NCBI GenBank assembly: GCA_964016885.1
Contig: OZ024747.1
Span: 82,770,001 to 82,834,000 of the forward strand
Direction of reading: 5' to 3'
DNA length: 64,000 nt
From: Eledone cirrhosa
Lineage: Eukaryota
Shown here one piece after another: positions 54,827 to 64,000 of this stretch (the stretch's first letter is position 1; every line of letters begins with the position of its first letter). The notes beneath the pieces are model-generated. The model worked only from the letters and a program-made list of their open reading frames with translations, made no database searches and was not told where the DNA came from. A program made the position numbers and the translations under genes.

Positions 54827-54851
54827 ATGTGTGTATATATATGTGTGTGTG

Positions 54852-54935
<84 letters not shown>

Positions 54936-55107
54936 TTAAGAATACATGTAGAGTGCAGCAGCTCTCTTTGTTCAAGAAGGTAGTCTTGGCCGAAAAACAG
55001 GAAATTATTCCAGGGAACTTAATCATACTTCTGTGTGTATGTATAGATAGATAATTACATGCATGCGAACCCACAGGCTGCTGCATGTATATGTTCGATC
55101 TATGTAA

Positions 55108-55141
<34 letters not shown>

Positions 55142-55156
55142 TGCATATATATATAA

Positions 55157-55247
<91 letters not shown>

Positions 55248-55286
55248 GCAGTATATATATATGCATTATATATATGCATTATATAA

Positions 55287-55325
<39 letters not shown>

Positions 55326-55457
55326 TGTATGTGTGTGTGTGTGTGTGCCTTTATATAATGCATATATATACTTATATACATATATTTATACATATATATA
55401 CATATACACACCCACACCCACATACCTACTCATACACACAAATAAATAAATAAATAA

Positions 55458-55539
<82 letters not shown>

Positions 55540-55728
55540 AACGAAGGAAATGTGGTAAGGAACCAGATGGACCATAACGCACCAAAGTACTCAATACTTA
55601 GGGTAGTAGAGTGGGTAATAGGGACAAGTAGGACCTCGACGGCTGAGCTCAAGCCGTTTCGACGGCTAATTCTGGACTGAATTAGCCGTCGAAACGGCTT
55701 GAGCTCAGCCGTCGGGGTCCTACTTGTT

Positions 55729-55731
<3 letters not shown>
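55540..55731 (-). mobile_element. Fold-back relic, family H (reverse orientation)
   Basis: Reverse complement of the 53494-53695 layout. Further pieces lie at 54378-54429 and 61812-61954. Confidence 0.75.
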
Positions 55732-55788
<57 letters not shown>

Positions 55789-56055
55789 GCAAATGTGGGC
55801 CCATACATATATATATATACATATAAGTCTGCATATGTCCGTCTCTATATGTGTACATGTTTGTGTATATATGTGTTTATGTGAATCAGTGTGTATAAAC
55901 ACACAGGCACGTGTTAATTTATAGATAAGTAACAATTAGCACATTGCCCTCTCTTAAATATTACTATTATATTCTGAATTTAGACTTTGTCAGTGGCCAG
56001 TTTCTAGACAATATGACAACAGTTTTTTTCCTTAATTATATCGTAATTATGAAAT

Positions 56056-56148
56056 AATTGTTTCTACTTTTGGCACAAGGCCAGCAATTACTCAGTGCAT
56101 TACTGGTACTTTATTTTATCGACCCCTTAAGGATGAAAGGCAAAGTTA
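56056..56148 (-). mobile_element. SINE 3' half
   Basis: Body and tail of the 8635 family. Confidence 0.8.
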
Positions 56149-57348
56149 TGAAATAATGTTTTCTTATAATAGCTGAAATATCGTCTTTTTTTTTTTTCTT
56201 GTAATTTCTACTGCAGGAACTGGTTGTAGTTTAATTTACAGAGCAAACCTGAAAGAGCAAATCAAACCTGCTCTAACTCCATAATGAGAAGCTTCGAAAA
56301 TAACGTCCAATATACAGCATTTAAAAAATAGTACTACAAGGTACAGCACACATATTACAAAGAATACTCTCATTGCAATAGAAATAACACCACTAAAAAC
56401 CACACTGCACATACCCAAGGCTCACAGAGCTGCGCTCGGTAATGCAGTAACGACACGCAATAAAAATAAAAATAACAAGAAATTCTGCCACAAGAGATAG
56501 GGGTGAGGTGGATGTTATAGAGATAATAATTTCATTAAAAGACTTAAAGGCAACATTTATTTGATGTAGTGAAACCTTTGACAGATCTGATTTCTGTAGA
56601 CTACGGGTTCTATTTAACCTGTGATCCCTCAAGGTTAGTTGAAATAATTAACAATAACATCGTAGGGTCTATTCAATTACATGACTGTACCCGTTCCTTT
56701 TCAAAACTTGGCTCTTTGCCTAAATAATAAATCATGATTTCAAAACCACATTTCATAGTTACTGTGTAAGAGAGAGAGAGAAGGCTGCCAATACGTTTTG
56801 GATTTTAAGTGGCAATAGCAACAGCTTGGAAGAACGGTATGATAATAGTATATATACTGTTGGTGAAAAGGCAGCGAGGGGGCTCCTCCGTTTGTTTAGA
56901 CGATGAGTGTTGCAGTTGTTCAACGGAACGTTTAAGTGATTGGGCATCCCACAAACACATGTTCTCTTAACATAGTTCTCAGGGAGGAAGAGTCATTGCG
57001 GCACAGTGCGGGACAAGGCAGACATTTTTCAATTACAGACACAATCCATCCGACGGGCTTCCAAACAGTTTCCGTCTACCAAGTTTTACTCACAAGGCAG
57101 AGCTTGACCCGAGACTATGGTAAATGACAATGTCCTAAGATGCCACACAGCTGTTGAGGCACAAGAATATAAACACTACAGCATTTAGTTTCTCCCTTTT
57201 CAATGCGGTAAGATCTAATTTTAGGGAGTTTGGTTGTTATTTCTAGCCGGGCGTGCTGTTTAAAGAGGAAAAATAAAACAGAACAAAAGATGGGGAAATT
57301 AATGTAAAAATACGGGAAAATAAGTTTAACTCATAACACCCTGTAATA

Positions 57349-57565
57349 GTGATTTCTAATTTGGGCGCAAGACCAACAATTTTAGGGAGACGAAAGTCGT
57401 TTACATCGACCCCAGTTTGTGACTGGTACTTTATTTTATCGACCGTAGAAGGATGAAAGGCAAATTTCATCTCGGCGGTATTTGAACTCAGAATACAAAA
57501 GAGCGTAATTAAACATTGTAAAGTATTTTATCCGACGCTCTCGTGATTCTGCCAATCCACCGCCA
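57349..57565 (-). mobile_element. SINE, full length
   Basis: A-box, B-box and body in reverse complement. Confidence 0.8.
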
Positions 57566-57814
57566 TAACATCCTGTAATAATTTAACCCAAAATATCTTT
57601 AAAAGACCATAAGTTTGTTAATTCCTACGTTTATAGTATATTTACTGATGGACAGACTTATGAAGATTTCCAGTATTAGAGTAAAGACTTCAATTGTTAA
57701 TGGCGTGTAATCATAGTAAGATTGTCTTAAGGCTGTTTCATGTGGTAAAGAATCTTAAAAGGTAATGGAACCAATGAATAAATACAACAAAGTGGCGATG
57801 GTGGTAACGTCGTT

Positions 57815-58160
57815 GTGGTGGTGTCGGTGTGGTTGTGATGGTGGTGGTGGTTTCGGTATGATGGTGGTGGTGTCGGTGTGGTGGTGATGGTGGTGGTGTC
57901 GGTGTGGTGGTGGTGGTGTCGGTGTGGTTGTGATGGTGGTGGTGTCGGTGTGGTGGTGGTGGTGGTGTCGGTGTGGTGGTGATGGTGGTGGTTTCGGTGT
58001 GATGGTGGTGGTGTCGGTGTGGTGGTGGTGGTGTCGGTGTGGTTGTGATGGTGGTGGTGTCGGTGTGATGGTGGTGGTGTCGGTGTGGTGGTGATGGTGG
58101 TGGTGTCGGTGTGGTGGTGGTGGTGTCGGTGTGGTGGCGATGGTGGTGGTGTCGGTGTGA
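57815..58160. repeat. (GGTGTCGGTGT(GGT)n) minisatellite
   Basis: Seen directly. Confidence 0.9.
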
Positions 58161-58423
58161 TGATGGTGGTGACGGTGGTGATGGTGATGATGGTGATGGT
58201 GACTGCGTTCTTCAGAATGAAATGTTGGTATTGAAGATGAAGGGAAAGAAAGCTAACGAGGATGATGATGGTGGTGGTGGTGGCGGTGGTGGTGATGGTA
58301 GTGGGTGGTAGTGGTAGTGGTGATGTTAGTGGGTGGTGGTGGTAGTGGTGGTGGTAGTGGGGGCGAAGGGAGGGGGTTTATAACAACTGTGGTAACCTGT
58401 TACGAGTACAAACAGTGACGGTG

Positions 58424-58466
<43 letters not shown>

Positions 58467-59683
58467 CGGTATACATGTTTTAGTTGCTGCTCTTGTTCTT
58501 GTTCTTGTTGTTGCTGCTGCTATTGCAACGTTTGCAGCTGTGCCCGCGACGACCACCGCCGCCGCCGCCGCCGCCATCATTACAAGCATCACGCCCACAG
58601 CTACTGGTTTTATTGAAATATCCTGTTGCTAAGAAACAACCACGACTATAACAACAACTACCAACAACAACAACAACAAAAACACCAACACCATAAACAA
58701 GAATATCACCAAAAACGACCACAACCACAACAACAACAATCACTACCTCAATACCAATCACTACAGCCACCACAACAACAACGCCAACACTATCACCACT
58801 ACCACCACCAACAACAACAACGCTGACACTATCACCAAAAGCAACAACAACAACACCATCACTAACAATGACACCAGCTCAACAACAACAACAACACTAA
58901 CAACCACGTCTACAACACCAAATCTCTGGAGAACGAACAACTGCTCCACAGAAACGAACAGGACTTTCTTTTTCTCTCTCTCTCTTTCTTATTCCCTATC
59001 ATCTCTCCCTCTCTCCCGATTCCTCCTCTCTTTCTATTCCTTCCTATCTATCTCCTTTCTATCCCTATCTCCTTCTCTGCTCCTTCCTCTGTCTTTCTCC
59101 CCTCACTACCCTATATCTCATTTCTCTCTTCCCTCCTCTCCCGACCCCCTCATTCCTTCCCCCTTCCCCTCCCCCCTTCCCCTCTCCCGACCCCCCATTC
59201 CTTCCCCTTCCCCTCTCCCTCCCTCTCAACTTTATCAATTTTTTATTCAATATTTTCTTCGTTTCCGTTTGTTATATATATTTCTTTTTGCCTTCTTTTT
59301 GTCCCATTTTCTTTCAACTTTTTCTTTCTTTTTTCGAATTTCATTCGTTTATTTTATTTCATTTCATTTCTTTTTTTCCTTGCTTTTTTTTCAAGTATTA
59401 TTTCTGTTTGTTTTACAGTTCTGTCATTCCATCATTCACACATTTCCAATATTTTCTATTCATGCTTCTTCTATTGCAAGAGAATTTCACACATAACCTG
59501 CAGCGGTATATAAACCTACACTCCTACAACACATACCCATCTCAGAATTCAATCAACAGCAAGGGCCACAATAGTTTATCATTTAAACCAACGTGGGATC
59601 AACACAAGCTAACAAAGAAGCCTCTACGCAGTCGCAGACAAATCTAGTCCAAATCTCAGCAAAATATATTTAACAAAATGAAA

Positions 59684-60166
59684 GAGGTAGCTAATTGGCA
59701 GAATCGTTAGCTCATCGGATAAAAAGCTTTGCGGTATTCGTTCCGGCTCTCTGAACTCTCTGAGTTCAAATCCCGCCAAGGTCAACTTTGTCTTTCGTCC
59801 TTTCGAGGTCGATAAAAAAGTACCAGTCTAGTACTGGCGTCGATTCTTCTTCTCTATCTCTTTCTCATTGTCTATCCTTCTCTGGAAGAAATCTGGTGTG
59901 TTGAGACCTGGAGAGGGATGGGCTTCGCTTAACTTTAAAAATGTCCAAGAAACACCGTAGGCTACTAGAGCTCTCCTACGACTCCCTCAAGAGTTACAAG
60001 ACAATATCATATACCATCAACTCGCGATAGTGTTGTAGGGATGTTAGCTTTGCCTTCCATCCTTACGGGGTCGATAAAATAAAGTTCCAGTAACGCACTG
60101 GGGTCGATTTAATCGACTTTCCCCTCCCCACACAATATTGTTGGTCTTGTCCTAAATCAAAACCAT
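59684..60166 (+). mobile_element. SINE (59684-59845) + unrelated repeat + SINE 3' part (60047-60166)
   Basis: TGGCAGAATCGTT A-box, GAGTTCAAATCC B-box, and the body present twice. Confidence 0.75.
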
Positions 60167-60167
60167 T

Positions 60168-60321
60168 AAGTGGCCTTGAATGTCTTAAATAACTTTATGT
60201 AGGTCAAAGCAGTCTTAGGAGGGTTGGAGAATCTATTTGTAATTAGATGCTGTGTGTATGTTTTGGCAGGTCTGAGAGTTGATTGGCCTTCTACATTACC
60301 CAATAGTATTGAGTACTAGAC

Positions 60322-60405
<84 letters not shown>

Positions 60406-60423
60406 ACGTACACACACACACAC

Positions 60424-60461
<38 letters not shown>

Positions 60462-61433
60462 ACACAAACAATTATAACAGTTATATGATGCCTGTGTGAG
60501 ATGCTGCATGGTAGTGAGACATGGGCAGCAACTGCAGAGGATAGGCGACGGCTGGAGAGAAATGAGGCAAGCATGCTCCGTTGGATGTGCAATGTCAATG
60601 TGCGTGAACGACCAAGCATCGATGAGTTGAGAGAGAAACTGTGTATAAGAGGGATAAGTTGTAGTGTCCGGGAGAGAAGGCTGAGATGGTATGGACATGT
60701 GATGCGCATGGAGAATGACCGCTGGGTAAAGAAGTGCCAAGAAATCCCAGTAGAAGGAAGACGCAGTAGAGAAAGACCACGAAAGACATGGGTGGAGGTG
60801 GTGAGAGCAGACCTCAGATCGCTGAAGCTCACGGAGGAGATGACAAAGGACCGTGATGAATGGAGAGATACCGTGCTTAATAGGACCCGTCGCACCCTTG
60901 CAAGCAGGGAAAAGGGGGCGTAAAATGATGATGATCATCATCATGGAAGTCGGTTGAGGTGACAAAAATAAAAGAACAAAATTAAATTTAGTCTCTGAAA
61001 TTGGTGTCACATAAATTAGGAGAGGTGGAATATATACCATTAATGTTCTAAAGTCATAATTGTTTCTACTTTAGGCACAAGGCCAGCAATTACCCAGTGC
61101 ATTACTGGTACTTTAGTCATAATGACAGTAGATACTTCTACACTTTCTGTTAATGTGTGAAACCATAGACGAAAGGTGTAACTAATCCACTTACAGACAC
61201 CCAATGGGAATGTATATATTTATATATCTTTGTGTAAGTGTGTGTGTGTATGTGTATGTATGTATGTGTGTATGTATGTGTAGTACTCAATACTGTTGGG
61301 TATAGTGTAGATGACCAATCAACTCTCAGACCTGCCAAAACATACACACAGCATCTAATTACAAATAGATTCTCCAACCCTCCTACAACTAAGCTGACCT
61401 ACATAAAGTTATTTAAGACATTCAAGGCCACTT
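60168..61433. mobile_element. Element bounded by ~150-bp inverted repeats
   Basis: 60168-60318 is the reverse complement of 61281-61433 with a few mismatches. Confidence 0.7.
60487..60943 (+). pseudogene. RTE-clade LINE 3' fragment
   Basis: MLHGSETW..EASMLRW..RLRWYGHVMRM..GRRSRERPRKTW, followed by a very short 3' UTR with an (ATG)n/(CAT)n tail. Confidence 0.85.
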
Positions 61434-61531
61434 TTCTATTTAGTTTATATACACATACACACACGTATCCATATATATATATACACACACGTATCCATAT
61501 ATACACATACACACACACGTATCCATATATA

Positions 61532-61571
<40 letters not shown>

Positions 61572-61709
61572 GAAAGTGAACAACATAAAATATAACTACT
61601 CCATTACCAAAGGTTTCTGGATCCCATACAATATTAATATACGTCTGGATCGGTCATCAGATAGAGATGGTATGGATAAAAAATATGAAATGAGATTTAA
61701 AATTTGTTA

Positions 61710-61774
<65 letters not shown>

Positions 61775-62208
61775 TTAACAGATTTTATATATATAACAGA
61801 TTTTATATATATAACGAAGGAATTGTGGTAAGGAACCAGATGGACCATAACGCACCAGAGTACTCAATACTTAGGGTAGTAGAGTGGGTAATTTTAGTCC
61901 AGAAATAGCCGTCGAAACGGCTTGAGCTATGCCGCCGTGGTCATACCTTTTCCTATATATACATATATATATAAGGAGTCTATGCAAGCTGTGCAAGGTT
62001 CATTTCTTTCAGAGTCAGTGTTACAAGATAAAGGGTTTGAGAAGTCTAATCAATGCCGCAACATGACGACATCAAAGCAAAAATCAAAACAAAGCTCGTG
62101 CAGAAGATACGCATGCCTAAGAATTCAAAGTCTATTTTCAGTCAGCTTGTGGAAAATGCTGCAATGACTATTGTCAAAGGGCTTATTATGTGTATGCTAT
62201 ACACACAC

Positions 62209-62286
<78 letters not shown>

Positions 62287-62442
62287 ACGTAGTGTGTGCA
62301 TGTGTTGTTTACATGCGTGTTGTTTCCCATGAATCTGTGTCAAGTTTGGGAACATAAAGCCTGCTTAAGTGCTGTCTTACTTATGGATAACAGATGTGCA
62401 CACACACACAAACAAACACATACATAAGTATTATGTATATAC

Positions 62443-62492
<50 letters not shown>

Positions 62493-62537
62493 GGAGGGAG
62501 TGTAATTGCAAACATAAATAGGCATACATAGTCAAAC

Positions 62538-62618
<81 letters not shown>

Positions 62619-62744
62619 CCACATAATCGTTATATTGACGGTATCAGTTGAGTGTGTTGTTCGTGACTGGTGGTGTACTGGTTGGCATAACCATAGACAG
62701 ACAGACAGATACTTATACAATATTTGTGTGTGTGTGTGTGTGCG

Positions 62745-62815
<71 letters not shown>

Positions 62816-62819
62816 GCGT

Positions 62820-62919
<100 letters not shown>

Positions 62920-63057
62920 GTCTGCGTATGCACATGACTAAATTCGGTTTATGCGTGCTTGCGATTATGTGTAATGTCTGTGTAGCTACCTACAGCTGTT
63001 TTACTGTATCTTGAATTTGTATGAGAGAGGGGGAACGCAGGTACAATGCGTGAGCAT

Positions 63058-63109
<52 letters not shown>

Positions 63110-63127
63110 TTATATATATATATATAT

Positions 63128-63454
<327 letters not shown>

Positions 63455-64000
63455 GTGTTGTGTAAGAAAACGTGAGACAGAACGGCAGACAAGAGTATAG
63501 AAAACCCCAGCAGACATGTTGCTATCAGTGCTGCCTTCCTTCTATCACAGACACTAACACCACCACCACCACCACCACCACCACCACCTGCACCACCACC
63601 ACCACCTGCACCACCACCACCACCGCTTCCTCCACCACCACCACCTCTACCACCACCATCCTCAATTCCACCACCATCCTCACTACCAACACCTCCACCA
63701 TCACCATCCTCACTTCCATCAACACCACCACAACCACCATCCTCACCACCGCCTCCACTACCGCCACCACCACTAACCCCACCACTTCCACCACCACCCT
63801 CACCGCCACCTCCAGATATATTGATATGTGAGTCAAACAAATGTGTTGTATTGGAAATATGTAGGTATGTGTAAGACAGCTTTTATACGTTGTATAGATT
63901 AGAAACTGCTGTGTACTCTTTACACAACATTTGTGTGTGGGTGTGTTGTGTGTGAGGGTGTGTTGTGTGTGAGGGTGTGTTGTGTGTGTGGGTGTGTTGT

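Noticed and set aside
61975-62200. Possible exon (MPQHDDIKAKIKTKLVQK...)
   Set aside because: Short, embedded between (TA)n tracts, with no recognisable domain or supported splice pair.

Overview
Eukaryotic, AT-rich DNA saturated with microsatellites. The repeat landscape of (TA)n/(CA)n/(TATG)n tracts and a high-copy tRNA-derived SINE is consistent with an octopus-like cephalopod, which is my inference. I could not support any host exon. Nearly all predicted ORFs are microsatellite or minisatellite artefacts. The real coding content is retrotransposon-derived. (1) An apparently intact Tx1-like (L1-clade) LINE on the minus strand (1-~4975): ORF1 has a CCHC knuckle and ORF2 (APE+RT) runs off the window. 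It sits in a (GATA)n tract that holds three more 3'-end fragments of related elements. (2) A near-intact Penelope-like element (PLE, 49486-53454) with RT and GIY-YIG domains, one homopolymer frameshift, near-identical pLTRs and an inverted 5' pLTR piece. (3) A decayed Helitron with both termini, an RTE 3' fragment, hAT and mariner MITEs and many SINEs. The most striking signal is about 20 short inserts (60-550 bp) between (TA)n tracts, many of them fold-back hairpins, that carry complete or partial type-I hammerhead ribozyme motifs (CUGANGA...GAAA-palindromic stem III-UH). These look like pLTR relics of several PLE families. They share unusual features: a non-canonical first pair of stem II, a recurrent C-C mismatch in stem II, and truncation or fold-back points that cluster in or just upstream of the ribozyme.
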